Below are positions 43,082 to 52,047 of a stretch of DNA of 64,000 nucleotides, piece after piece (position 1 is the first letter of the stretch; each line of letters begins with the position of its first letter). The notes below the pieces were generated by a model. It searched no databases, was not told the DNA's origin, and worked only from the letters and a program-made list of their open reading frames with translations. A program made the position numbers and the translations under genes. The DNA comes from Arenicellales bacterium (lineage in GTDB: Bacteria; Pseudomonadota; Gammaproteobacteria; Arenicellales; Poriferihabitantaceae), in contig OZ220677.1 in the NCBI GenBank assembly GCA_965116335.1, positions 922,846 through 986,845 on the forward strand, read 5' to 3'.

Positions 43082-44056
43082 TCACTCTATCAAGTGCCCG
43101 TATCTATACCGGACTTCCTTAACCGTCCCATCCGGGAATTTCTCCACCCAATCCCCGTTCTTTTCGCCGTCTACAATCGGGCCTTCCTGAACCATGCCAT
43201 CCGGGTATTTAATCACAAAATGCCCGTTCATCTCGCCGTCTACATACGGGCCTTCCGCAACTATGCCACCCGGATATTTGCCCACCCAATGCCCGTTCTC
43301 CTTGCCGTCTACATACTGGCCTTCCCAAACCATACCATTCCGGGATTTAACCACCCAATGCCCGTTCTTCTCGCCGTCTACATATGGCCCTTCCGCAACT
43401 ATGCCACCCGGCGTTTTAGTCACCCAATGCCCGTTCTTCTTGCCGTCTACATACGGGCCTTCATCAATCCCACCACCCGGCGGTTTAATCACAAAATGCC
43501 CGTTCATCTCGCCGTCTACAATCGGGCCTTCTGCAATCCCACCATCCGGCGTTTTAACCACAAAATGCCCGTTCGGCTCGCCGTCTACAATCTGGCCTTC
43601 CACAATCGTACCATCCGGCAATTCAATTACTTCCGCGCTTGGCTGTTCCCAATCAACCGCGTTATTCTGCGGGCAAATCCCCGCTTTACCATCTACTTGC
43701 GCCACCAACATAACCCGCTTATTACTTGGCTGCAAGCCATGCGCCCGGACAAATTCCCTTGCCGCTCTCGCTGTTCTGTTTCCCCAGGTTCCATCAATCG
43801 GCCCCGGGTTGAATCCGCATTGATTCAAAACTTGCTGAATCTCGATTATTTGCCTTGATTCGCGCCGCTTCGCTTCAATCTTTAATCTTTCATTCTCTAA
43901 TGCGCGTTGATGCTGTTTCAATGCCTCGTTTTTTTCCTCGGCACTCATTCTGTCCCAATTCAACACATCATCCGCCACCACCGGCCACGCAACCAACAAC
44001 GCGATCAAAACCGCCAGTATTTTCAATTTCATTATGGATTCCCCGTTATTGGTCAA
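43082..44056 (-). CDS. secreted protein with peptidoglycan-binding domain plus ~8 MORN-variant repeats, 324 aa
   Basis: Signal peptide MKLKILAVLIALLVAWPVVA (likely start ATG 44032). IQQVLNQCGFNPGPIDGTWGNRTARAAREFVRAHGL is PG_binding_1-like. Repeated EGPYVDGEKNGHWVxK units. C-terminal VKEVRYRYGHLIE. Confidence 0.75.
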   Translation of the reverse strand: MTNNGESIMKLKILAVLIALLVAWPVVADDVLNWDRMSAEEKNEALKQHQRALENERLKIEAKRRESRQIIEIQQVLNQCGFNPGPIDGTWGNRTARAAREFVRAHGLQPSNKRVMLVAQVDGKAGICPQNNAVDWEQPSAEVIELPDGTIVEGQIVDGEPNGHFVVKTPDGGIAEGPIVDGEMNGHFVIKPPGGGIDEGPYVDGKKNGHWVTKTPGGIVAEGPYVDGEKNGHWVVKSRNGMVWEGQYVDGKENGHWVGKYPGGIVAEGPYVDGEMNGHFVIKYPDGMVQEGPIVDGEKNGDWVEKFPDGTVKEVRYRYGHLIE

Positions 44057-44080
44057 GCCGGGAATATACCCGGCTTTGCA

Positions 44081-44389
44081 CTACTGGACAATCAAGCCGT
44101 CCCGCTCCATTTCTGCCTGTAACTGTTCCATGCTCTTGCCCTGCCCGGTCGCCGGTCGATTGCTGGCCGGGGTCGATTGCTCAGCCTGGCCGCGCTCGAT
44201 GGTACCCCCCTGGACGGTCTGCCAGGCTTTTTGTATCAAGGCTTCAATCATCCTTGATCGGGTTACTTGGTGCAGTCGCGCCAGTTCGTCCCGCCTGACC
44301 GGATGCAATCGGATATTGACTTGTGCCCGTTTGTCGGTCGGGTCGGTTACACGCTCCGACCATCGCGCATTATACTTGTGTTTATTCAT
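44081..44389 (-). CDS. ribbon-helix-helix (CopG/Arc-like) DNA-binding protein, 102 aa
   Basis: MNKHKYNARWSERVTDPTDKRAQVNIRLHPVRRDELARLHQVTRSRMIEALIQKAW has a beta-strand-helix-helix pattern. Internal ATG 44389 matches the paralogous stump at 29314. Confidence 0.6.
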   Translation of the reverse strand: MNKHKYNARWSERVTDPTDKRAQVNIRLHPVRRDELARLHQVTRSRMIEALIQKAWQTVQGGTIERGQAEQSTPASNRPATGQGKSMEQLQAEMERDGLIVQ

Positions 44390-44404
44390 GTACTGATTCC
44401 GGCT

Positions 44405-44434
44405 AATGTATATCAATATATAGCGAATGTATAC
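44405..44434 (-). promoter_or_regulatory. candidate RHH operator: two (G/A)TATACATT boxes 21 nt apart, 16 nt upstream of the RHH start
   Basis: Plus strand has AATGTATAT (44405) and AATGTATAC (44426). The same box GTATACATT occupies the equivalent position at 29291..29299. Confidence 0.45.
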
Positions 44435-44586
44435 GCTACGCTCGCTCCAGCGCAACCAACCGCAGATATTCCCATCCCCTGATCTGTCGGTGTGTCGGTG
44501 AAGGTTCCCGGCTGTTCGATACTCAGGCATGGCCGAAAGTGTGCCCGTTTGCCCGTCCAGTCCATTCAGTCCGTGCGATAGTCTGT

Positions 44587-45951
44587 TTATGACAAAAGAG
44601 CGGCGGTGGCTTGCGGGTTGGACGGGAAGTAGTGATGCAGCCAGGTCAGTGTCAGTTTCCCCGACTGCCAGAAGGCTTCACCCTGCCCTCCATGCTGTTT
44701 CTGCCCGCAACCATCGGCACGCGGATCTATCGGTTGAATGACCGAGTGGTGGAACGAGTGCCCGCGTAATTCTCCGTGACCATAGTCTACTTTCTGTAAT
44801 CCGACGCCCTGCAATCCTCCGGTCAGCGCGCAGGTCGCTTCAAACAGGCCGAACCCTGATCCGGTCTCCCCGTCCCGCCCGGTAAGGGTCTGACAGGCAG
44901 CCATCATTCCGCCACACTCTGCCAGTATCGGTTTGCCGCTGCGGTGATGCTCTGCCAGATGGCTTTTCGTCCGCTGCGCCGCAGACAGCTTCTGCAGGTG
45001 CAATTCCGGGTATCCTCCGGGCAGCCAGACTGCATCACAAGCGGGCAACGGCTCATTGTTCAATGGGGAAAAATAAACGATACGGGCGCCCAGGGATTCG
45101 AGCAGGTTGATGTTTTCCGGGTAGATAAAGCTGAAACCGGCATCCCGCGCCACGGCAATAGTCTTGCCTTCCAGCAGTCGGGGGGGCTGAATCGGCTGGT
45201 TGGGGCGATCCGCTTCGAGTCGGAGCGGTTGCAACGGAACGTCAATGCCGAAATCCTCAAGCGACTGCGCCGCCTGGTCGAGTTGCCGATCCAGCCCGGC
45301 AATATCCGCGGCCTGGACCAGACCGAGATGCCGGAGCGGCAACGCCATTCTCTCGTCCCGCCGGATACTGCCCGCGTAGTTCTCGCCGATTGATTCGCGC
45401 AACAGCCAGTGATGGTTGTCACTACCGACGCAATTACCGATCACCGATGTAATCTTCGCCGCGTTCCGGTTTCCCTGTGCCCGATTGCCCTTCGCCCGGT
45501 TTTCCCGTGCATGCCCCACCGTCAATTCCGGCGTGTAAGCCTTCAGTCCTTCGACAATGGCAGCGGCCGTCTGGGCATATTTGGCAGCATTCATGATCAG
45601 TGTGACCGATAATCCGAGCCGTGCCGCCAACTGCATATTGCTGGGCGTGTTGTCATGCAGCCCCATCAGGCTCTCCACCAATACAATATCGCTTGCCGAA
45701 GCCGCCCTGGCCAGCAGGCCGCGGCAATGTGATTCGCCCATCATCCATAAATCGAGATTGTAGACGCTTTGCCGGGAAGCCAGCGCAAGTATGGTGGGGT
45801 CAAGATAATCCGGGCCAATCTTGATCACCCGCACCGATTTTCCCTGATTGACGAAGCGGCGCGCCATGGCGGCAGTCAAAACGGTCTTGCCCTGCCCGGA
45901 ACCGGGCGCAGCAATCAAGGTGGCGAGGCAGCAGCGAGTATTTTTCGACAT
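44587..45951 (-). CDS. cobB: cobyrinate a,c-diamide synthase
   Basis: LIAAPGSGQGKTVLTAAMARRF P-loop, IGPDYLDP, C-terminal GATase with ECGGMM. Confidence 0.9.
   Translation of the reverse strand: MSKNTRCCLATLIAAPGSGQGKTVLTAAMARRFVNQGKSVRVIKIGPDYLDPTILALASRQSVYNLDLWMMGESHCRGLLARAASASDIVLVESLMGLHDNTPSNMQLAARLGLSVTLIMNAAKYAQTAAAIVEGLKAYTPELTVGHARENRAKGNRAQGNRNAAKITSVIGNCVGSDNHHWLLRESIGENYAGSIRRDERMALPLRHLGLVQAADIAGLDRQLDQAAQSLEDFGIDVPLQPLRLEADRPNQPIQPPRLLEGKTIAVARDAGFSFIYPENINLLESLGARIVYFSPLNNEPLPACDAVWLPGGYPELHLQKLSAAQRTKSHLAEHHRSGKPILAECGGMMAACQTLTGRDGETGSGFGLFEATCALTGGLQGVGLQKVDYGHGELRGHSFHHSVIQPIDPRADGCGQKQHGGQGEAFWQSGKLTLTWLHHYFPSNPQATAALLS
45461..45505 (-). repeat. 3 x 15-nt imperfect in-frame repeat inside cobB (encodes ENRAK-GNRAQ-GNRNA)
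   Basis: Read directly. Lies in the linker between the ATPase and amidotransferase halves. Confidence 0.6.
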
Positions 45952-46001
45952 AAATTCACGGTGTTTGTGTTGATATTATGGCATACTCGAAAGTGAATGA
46001 A

Positions 46002-46017
46002 GAAAAGGGATAAGTGG
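46002..46017. repeat. left copy of the 16-nt direct repeat GAA(A/C)AGGGATAAGTGG flanking the parD cassette
   Basis: 15/16 identity with 46376..46391. Confidence 0.75.
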
Positions 46018-46077
46018 GCAAAGGTGCAGAAACAGTGTAATATTGCACCAGTTTGATGATTTCTGCCGAGGTAAACC

Positions 46078-46338
46078 ATGTCGAGACAAAGCATATCCTT
46101 CACTGTTCCAAACACCAAATGGTTGAAAAGAAAGGTTGACATTGAAGACGAATACCGAAGCAACAGTGACGCTGTAAACGATGCCATACGAAGGATGCGA
46201 GAGGCTGAAGCTGAGACTGAAATCAAGTATATCCGAACAAAACTCATTGCATCAGAACAAAGCGGATTTACAGACCTGACCCGCGAGCAAATCCTGGAAA
46301 AATCCAGGGAAGAATTGCGGGAAAATGGGGAATTATAA
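46078..46338 (+). CDS. parD: ParD-family antitoxin (RHH)
   Basis: MSRQSISFTVPNTKWLKRKV...SDAVNDAIRRMRE...IASEQSGFTDLTREQILEKSREEL matches the ParD architecture. Confidence 0.75.
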   Translation: MSRQSISFTVPNTKWLKRKVDIEDEYRSNSDAVNDAIRRMREAEAETEIKYIRTKLIASEQSGFTDLTREQILEKSREELRENGEL

Positions 46339-46387
46339 ACTTACCGAAGATGCGCAAGAATATTTTGGGGCGACAGAACAGGGATAA
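46325..46387 (+). pseudogene. 20-codon stump of a ParE-type toxin gene
   Basis: MGNYKLTEDAQEYFGATEQG* overlaps the parD 3' end as TA pairs do. ParE proteins begin M..Y.L(S/T)..A..D. The reading frame ends inside the right direct repeat. Confidence 0.55.
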
Positions 46388-46391
46388 GTGG
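46376..46391. repeat. right copy of the 16-nt direct repeat
   Basis: GAACAGGGATAAGTGG. Supplies the TAA that terminates the parE stump. Confidence 0.75.
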
Positions 46392-46404
46392 CTTTAACCC
46401 ATCC

Positions 46405-47103
46405 ATGGAATTCATATCAATCTATAGTTTGCTGACGCTGGGTTTCGGCCTGGGGCTGGTGCACGCCCTGGATGCGGATCATATTATGGCGGTATCGTCG
46501 CTGTCCTGTGTCGATGACGCGGATGACGGGGATACCCGCCACCGGTCGGGGCGCAAGGCGCTGGGATACTGTTTTCGCTGGGCTATCGGTCACGGCGCCA
46601 TTGTGCTGGCACTCGGGTTATTGTTCATTCTGACTCAGACGCAGCTGCCTGCCTCGGTGGCGCTGCTCGCGGAAAAGCTGGTCGGCCTAATACTGATCGC
46701 GCTTGGCGGCTGGATCATCTACACGGTCTGCCGTAACCGTCTGACCCTGCTCGTACACCGCCACGGGGATATTACTCATGTACATTTATCTGTGCCGGGT
46801 AGTCAACATACCGATCATCGTCCGCTCCTGATCGGGGCCACTCATGGACTGGCGGGCAGTGCTCCGGTACTGGCGCTGATCCCGGTCATGGGTGCGGCTC
46901 CGACTGCAACCGGCATACTGACCGGAGTCCTGTATATCGTCCTGTTCTGTCTCGGCGTGCTGGTTGCGATGCTGGTTTTCGGACTTTTTCTGGGCCAGTT
47001 GCAGAACCGAATTGCCAGATTCGGGCAACGGCTGTTCCACGCCAGCCGACTACTGATCGCCTCCGCTTCAATCGGGGTCGGAAGCTGGTGGCTGCTGCAT
47101 TAG
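46405..47103 (+). CDS. NiCoT/UreH-like nickel/cobalt transporter (probable cobalt uptake for B12 synthesis)
   Basis: LVHALDADHI (HX4DH signature), ~6 TM, 232 aa. Immediately upstream of cbiD-cobK. Confidence 0.6.
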   Translation: MEFISIYSLLTLGFGLGLVHALDADHIMAVSSLSCVDDADDGDTRHRSGRKALGYCFRWAIGHGAIVLALGLLFILTQTQLPASVALLAEKLVGLILIALGGWIIYTVCRNRLTLLVHRHGDITHVHLSVPGSQHTDHRPLLIGATHGLAGSAPVLALIPVMGAAPTATGILTGVLYIVLFCLGVLVAMLVFGLFLGQLQNRIARFGQRLFHASRLLIASASIGVGSWWLLH

Positions 47104-47122
47104 CGGTCTGTTTGCGGAGGCG

Positions 47123-48223
47123 TTGATGATGCGCGACGAGACCCCGGAGGAAAAAACCCGGCTACGCAGTGGATTTACCACGGGTGCCTGCGCCACGGCG
47201 ACCTCTCTGGCCGCCGCCGACCTGTTGCTGAATGGGCGTATAGCCGAATCCGTGACCATTACGCTGCCGAAAGGCCAGCAGGTCGATTTCAGGCTGGAAG
47301 AATGCAGACTGCTGAACGACGGCATGGCCCGCGCCAGTACGATCAAGGACGCGGGCGATGACCCGGATGACACCCATGGCGCCACGATATTTGCTGAAGT
47401 CGAATTGACGGGCGAACCGGGGATACGGTTTCACGCTGGACCCGGTGTCGGCACGGTTACCCGGTCCGGGCTGTCGCTTGGTGTGGGTGAAGCGGCTATC
47501 AATCCGGTGCCGAGGAAGATGATGACCGGGCATCTTGAAAATCTGGCCGGGGAAGGCGGTTATGTGGGCGGCTTCGAAGTCACGATCGGTGTTGTCGATG
47601 GAGAACGGATTGCGCTAAAAACGATGAATGGGCGTTTGGGTATTATCGGCGGACTCTCCATTCTTGGAACCACCGGCATCGTCCGCCCCTACTCCTGCTC
47701 TGCCTTCATCGCCTCGATCCACCAGTCGATTGACGTGGCTCACGCCAACGGCATCCAGCATATCGCGGCGGCGACCGGCTCAACCAGCGAAGATTATATT
47801 CAATCTGCCCTGAACCTTACCGACATGGCGGTGGTGGAAATGGGAGATTTTGCCGGAGCCGTGTTCAAGCGCCTGCGCCGGGTGTCGATGAAGAAGCTGA
47901 GTATCTGCGGTGGCTTCGGCAAGATCAGCAAACTGGCAGCCGGTCATCAATCACTGCACAGCAAGGATTCATCCATTGATTTCGGGTTTCTGGCGGAACA
48001 GGCAGTGAAAGCGGGAGGCGACCGGGAGTTGAAGGAACAAATCATGAACGCCAACACCAGTCTGGAAGCCCTGACACGGTGCCAGCAGGCGAATCTTCCC
48101 GTCGCCGATACAATCTGCTCACTGGCTCGGCAAGTGGCGCTCAAGGCAACCCGTCAGCAGTGCGAAATTGATGTATACACACTCAACAGAAATGGAGCGC
48201 TGGTCGGCTCTGCGTCGGGATAA
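47123..48223 (+). CDS. cbiD: cobalt-precorrin-5B (C1)-methyltransferase
   Basis: LRSGFTTGACATATSLAAA, INPVPRKMM, LGTTGIVRPYS motifs. Confidence 0.9.
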   Translation: MMMRDETPEEKTRLRSGFTTGACATATSLAAADLLLNGRIAESVTITLPKGQQVDFRLEECRLLNDGMARASTIKDAGDDPDDTHGATIFAEVELTGEPGIRFHAGPGVGTVTRSGLSLGVGEAAINPVPRKMMTGHLENLAGEGGYVGGFEVTIGVVDGERIALKTMNGRLGIIGGLSILGTTGIVRPYSCSAFIASIHQSIDVAHANGIQHIAAATGSTSEDYIQSALNLTDMAVVEMGDFAGAVFKRLRRVSMKKLSICGGFGKISKLAAGHQSLHSKDSSIDFGFLAEQAVKAGGDRELKEQIMNANTSLEALTRCQQANLPVADTICSLARQVALKATRQQCEIDVYTLNRNGALVGSASG

Positions 48224-48960
48224 TGATGAAGATTCTGGTTCTGGGCGGTATCGCGGAATCCAGGGAACTGGCGCTGGTGCTGATCGAATCAGGGCATCAG
48301 GTGATCTACAGTATCGCCGGGCTGGTGCGGCAACCTGACCTTCCCTGTACCATTCACAGTGGCGGCTTCAGTGACGAACACAATGACGGAGCGCGGGGGA
48401 TGGCCGAGTATTGTCAGGCAAACCGGATTGATCTGCTGATTGATTCAACCCATCCTTATGCAATCAACATATCGGGGAACGCGGTAGCCGCGGCAGCCGA
48501 TGCCGCCATTCCGTGCTGGCGGTTTGACCGGCCAGGATGGAACCGTAATGATCATCCGGGCTGGCACGACTATCGGCAGTGGCCTGACCTGTTGCCACAG
48601 ATCAGTCATTTCCGGCGACCGTTTTTTTCAATCGGGACCAGCGCGCTCCGGTTCGCCGACCAGCGCCCGCCCCATCAGCAATGGCTGGTACGCAGCGCCC
48701 GTCCCTTCGACCCGGTTGAAGGAATCATCCAGGTCAATGCAATCGGACCGTTCGACCTGACCGAAGAACTGGACCTGATGCGGCGATACCAGGTGGACGC
48801 GCTGATCAGCAAGAACAGTGGTTGTAGTCGGGTAGCAGCCAAGCTGGAAGCGGCGGCCCGGCTCGGCCTCCCTGTCTACGTGCAGAAGCGACCTGACCTG
48901 CCCCCGGTTGCCTACTGTTTCAACGAGATTGCAACACTGATCGCAGCAATACCCCGGTAA
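48223..48960 (+). CDS. cobK: precorrin-6A/cobalt-precorrin-6A reductase
   Basis: MKILVLGGIAESRELA, IDSTHPYA, LISKNSG. ATGA coupling with cbiD. Confidence 0.85.
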   Translation: MMKILVLGGIAESRELALVLIESGHQVIYSIAGLVRQPDLPCTIHSGGFSDEHNDGARGMAEYCQANRIDLLIDSTHPYAINISGNAVAAAADAAIPCWRFDRPGWNRNDHPGWHDYRQWPDLLPQISHFRRPFFSIGTSALRFADQRPPHQQWLVRSARPFDPVEGIIQVNAIGPFDLTEELDLMRRYQVDALISKNSGCSRVAAKLEAAARLGLPVYVQKRPDLPPVAYCFNEIATLIAAIPR

Positions 48961-49022
48961 CGGTCAGGAGTCATTCCCCCCACCCCACGTCTTTCCCGTG
49001 CAGGCGGGAGGGCAGAGGTTCG

Positions 49023-49796
49023 CTATTTGTTCCATTTGAGGGTCGGTGTCTGCGTCCGGTTTTTCATAAACCGGCAACAGTACAGTCCCAACTCGAACAA
49101 GGCCCATACCGGAATCGCGAGCAGCGTTTGCGAGAAAACGTCAGGAGGAGTCAACAACATACCGACCACAAATGCCGAGACAATAATGTAAGGCCGCTTT
49201 TTAGCCAGACTTTTTTCATCCGTAATTCCCATGTAAACCACCAGTACAGTGGCGACAGGGACCTCAAATGCCAGACCGAATGCAAAGAATAATTTAATGA
49301 CAAAACTAAGATAGGCGTTGATATCCGTCATCACGGCCACCCCTTCCGGGGCTGTGCTGGCGAAAAACTGGAATATGATAGGGAAAACCGCGAAATACGA
49401 AAACAGGATACCCAGGTAGAACAAGATACTGCTGGACAACAACAATGGCATCACCAGCTTCTTTTCGCTCCTGTACAGACCGGGCGCGACAAATGCCCAC
49501 AACTGATAGAGCAGATAAGGCACCGCCAGCGCGCAAGAACAGGCAAACGCGAATTTGAACGGCACGAAAAACGGCCCGTGAGGCTCGGTCGAAATCATGC
49601 TATTGCCTTCCGGCAAGGCGCTCATCAGCGGATGCGCCAGCACCTCATAAAGGGTATTGGCGAATGGCGCGAGGATGATAAAAAAGACCAGTACAGACAA
49701 CAGCCCCCGCAACAACCGGTCGCGCAGCTCAAGCAGGTGACTGACCAGCGTCTCCGGTGACTCGTCGGTGCTCTGGTTGGGTTCAGTATCCGCCAT
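49023..49796 (-). CDS. tatC: twin-arginine translocase subunit TatC
   Basis: LVSHLLELRDRLLRGLL, 6 TM, 257 aa. Confidence 0.9.
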   Translation of the reverse strand: MADTEPNQSTDESPETLVSHLLELRDRLLRGLLSVLVFFIILAPFANTLYEVLAHPLMSALPEGNSMISTEPHGPFFVPFKFAFACSCALAVPYLLYQLWAFVAPGLYRSEKKLVMPLLLSSSILFYLGILFSYFAVFPIIFQFFASTAPEGVAVMTDINAYLSFVIKLFFAFGLAFEVPVATVLVVYMGITDEKSLAKKRPYIIVSAFVVGMLLTPPDVFSQTLLAIPVWALFELGLYCCRFMKNRTQTPTLKWNK

Positions 49797-50374
49797 TACT
49801 TCGTCTTTTTCATTTTACGGATGCCATCATCAGCGGGGCGTACAAGCCCCTTGCTGCCAACCAGAACGCCCCTCACGTGCGGGTAGCTTATCTCAAGGTG
49901 CTTTGCAATATCCCCGCGACTGTGCCCCTGTTCCCACAACTGCCTGATTTTTGCGCTTTTGGTTTGATCGCTTTTTATGATAGCCTCGACACTCGTCTGT
50001 TCAGGAGTTTCGCGGGTCGCGCCGGCTTTCCTGGCTGTCGATTTTTTGGTGGGCACTTTCTTGCTTGCCGGCTCATCTGCGGATTTTTTGATCTCCTCTC
50101 CTGCCTCCTTGAGACCCAGCACGTCCGGGTTATCAGCCGCCTTCTTGAAATCACTCGCAACCGAGCCCAGATCCTGTTTCAGGTCTTTCAGATCTTGCAG
50201 TTCCTGCTCCCGGACTTCCCTTTTGATGTCGGACTTGACCTCGTTCAGCATACGGCGACCCTTACCCACCCACTGACCTGTAGTGCGAGCAACTCCGGGC
50301 AGTCTCTCCGGTCCAATGACAATCAGGGCAACGGCGCCAATAAACGCCATCTCCCAGAATCCAATATCAAACAT
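49796..50374 (-). CDS. tatB: twin-arginine translocase subunit TatB with atypical C-terminal HTH-like tail
   Basis: [41 protein letters not shown]. Tail [31 protein letters not shown]. Confidence 0.85.
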   Translation of the reverse strand: MFDIGFWEMAFIGAVALIVIGPERLPGVARTTGQWVGKGRRMLNEVKSDIKREVREQELQDLKDLKQDLGSVASDFKKAADNPDVLGLKEAGEEIKKSADEPASKKVPTKKSTARKAGATRETPEQTSVEAIIKSDQTKSAKIRQLWEQGHSRGDIAKHLEISYPHVRGVLVGSKGLVRPADDGIRKMKKTK

Positions 50375-50398
50375 CAGATATCGGCAATTGGATCAAGG

Positions 50399-50653
50399 TC
50401 AGGATTTCTGTTCTTTGGCTTTCTGTTTCTGTGCAACGGGCTCATCCTCCACAGCCTCGGCCTCAGCGACAGCCTCTTCAATCTGGTCAGATTCCGGGTC
50501 CATGTCTTCTTCCTTCACCGCCTTTTTGAACCCCTTGATAGCACCGCCGAGGTCCCCCCCCAGATTCCTTAATTTTTTAGTGCCGAAAATCAACAAAACG
50601 ATCACCAGAATGATCAACAACTGAACCGGACTGATTCCACCAGGACCGAACAT
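50399..50653 (-). CDS. tatA: twin-arginine translocase subunit TatA
   Basis: [35 protein letters not shown]. Confidence 0.9.
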   Translation of the reverse strand: MFGPGGISPVQLLIILVIVLLIFGTKKLRNLGGDLGGAIKGFKKAVKEEDMDPESDQIEEAVAEAEAVEDEPVAQKQKAKEQKS

Positions 50654-50857
50654 AACAACTCTCCACGAAGGTTAATTAATTTCTGTGTGTACCCACAACA
50701 AGACGAAAGCCACGAATACGCGGCTGCTCACACCCTATTCAAGACAGGCCCTGTTCAACTATAACAAAACCTGCATACCCGATGATACACTGATTCCACG
50801 GGAAACCCAATTTGCTTTTACGTGGAAAGTCTTTCGGCGCAAGTTAAGGAATAGGCT

Positions 50858-51259
50858 TCAACGATAAATGTCGGACGGGTCTTTCAACACCGGCTCGACT
50901 GCAACCCATCTGCCGTCCTGATAGCGTTGGTAGAAACAGTTGTGGCGTCCGGTGTGACAGGCAATGCCGCCGATTTGCTCGACCTGCATCAACACCACAT
51001 CGGCATCACAATCAATGCGGATTTCCCGAACTTGCTGTACATGGCCGGATTCCTCCCCTTTTCTCCACAACTTCTGCCTGGATCTGGAGAAATAAACCGC
51101 CCGACCCTCCTCCAGCGTCGCCTGCAATGCCTGGCGATTCATCCAGGCCATCATCAATATCTTGCCGCTTGCCTGTTCTTGGGCGATGGCCGGCACCAGC
51201 CCAGCCTGATCCCATTTGATTTGATCCAGCGCTGAATTTATCAATAACTCTTCTGTCAT
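50858..51259 (-). CDS. hisI: phosphoribosyl-AMP cyclohydrolase
   Basis: GLVPAIAQE...ILMMAWMN..A...T...[20 protein letters not shown]. Start at MTEELL (ATG 51259), 4 nt after the hisF stop. Confidence 0.9.
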   Translation of the reverse strand: MTEELLINSALDQIKWDQAGLVPAIAQEQASGKILMMAWMNRQALQATLEEGRAVYFSRSRQKLWRKGEESGHVQQVREIRIDCDADVVLMQVEQIGGIACHTGRHNCFYQRYQDGRWVAVEPVLKDPSDIYR

Positions 51260-51263
51260 TTCA

Positions 51264-52031
51264 TTATACCCGTCTAATCTCAATGCCCCGGTCCGCCATG
51301 CGCTGCTTGGCCTGCTCAACCGTATATTCACCGTAATGGAATATGCTCGCGGCCAGTACTGCATCGGCGCCACCGAGCTGAACTCCATCCGCAAGATGAT
51401 CCAGAGTTCCCACCCCGCCGGAAGCAATTACAGGAACCGAAACGGCATCCGTGATTCTCTTCATCAGGGCAAGATCGAATCCGTTTTTGGTGCCATCCCG
51501 ATCCATACTGGTAACCAGCAATTCACCGGCTCCATAGTGCACCATTCTCTCAGACCATTCAACCGCATCCAGCCCGGTGGCATTGCGACCGCCATGAGTA
51601 TAAATCTCCCATTTCGGGACTCCCGAAACCTGCTTTGCGTCAATCGCTACCACAATACACTGGTTGCCAAAATGATCACTGGCCTGGCGAATGAAATCCG
51701 GATCCTTCACTGCGGTGGTATTGATCGAGACCTTGTCAGCACCGGCATTCAATATCCGGCGTATATCCTCCAGTGTACGAATCCCGCCGCCCACCGTGAG
51801 CGGAATAAAAACCTGGCTGGCGACCTGTTCAACCACATGCAAAATAGTCTCGCGGTCATCCGAGCTGGCGGTAATATCGAGAAAGGTGATCTCATCGGCG
51901 CCTTGTCTGTCATATCTGCACGCCACTTCCACCGGATCACCGGCATCCCGAATATCGACAAACCGGATGCCTTTCACCACCCGCCCGTTATCAATATCCA
52001 GGCAAGGGATAATGCGTTTCGCCAGAGCCAT
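51264..52031 (-). CDS. hisF: imidazole glycerol phosphate synthase cyclase subunit
   Basis: [21 protein letters not shown]...[11 protein letters not shown]-like. Internal ATG 52031 chosen. Confidence 0.9.
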   Translation of the reverse strand: MALAKRIIPCLDIDNGRVVKGIRFVDIRDAGDPVEVACRYDRQGADEITFLDITASSDDRETILHVVEQVASQVFIPLTVGGGIRTLEDIRRILNAGADKVSINTTAVKDPDFIRQASDHFGNQCIVVAIDAKQVSGVPKWEIYTHGGRNATGLDAVEWSERMVHYGAGELLVTSMDRDGTKNGFDLALMKRITDAVSVPVIASGGVGTLDHLADGVQLGGADAVLAASIFHYGEYTVEQAKQRMADRGIEIRRV

Positions 52032-52047
52032 CAATCCATGCCCACAC

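Noticed and set aside
42611-43858. Long plus-strand ORFs (151, 254, 209, 72 aa) with striking internal repeats (HPMPVLLAVYIRAF...)
   Set aside because: They are mirror-image artefacts of the MORN repeat genes on the minus strand. The minus-strand products have signal peptides, a PG-binding domain and canonical MORN-variant units.
3370-44586. tRNA genes or integrase/recombinase genes at the borders of the accessory patches (3370-3441, 9671-9825, 22393-22421, 29735-29780, 39894-40021, 44390-44586)
   Set aside because: No T-loop-like GGTTCGAATCC motifs or cloverleaf-sized structures appear in these gaps. No tyrosine or serine recombinase ORF occurs anywhere in the window. The only transposase is the rve-type IS at 40.8-42.1 kb.
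45952-46404. Expected cobalamin riboswitch upstream of cobB or of the transporter-cbiD-cobK operon
   Set aside because: I could not find a B12-box-like core or the conserved GGGAA/GGTG...CC pairing pattern by eye. The space is occupied by the parD cassette. Only an Rfam/Infernal scan could settle this.
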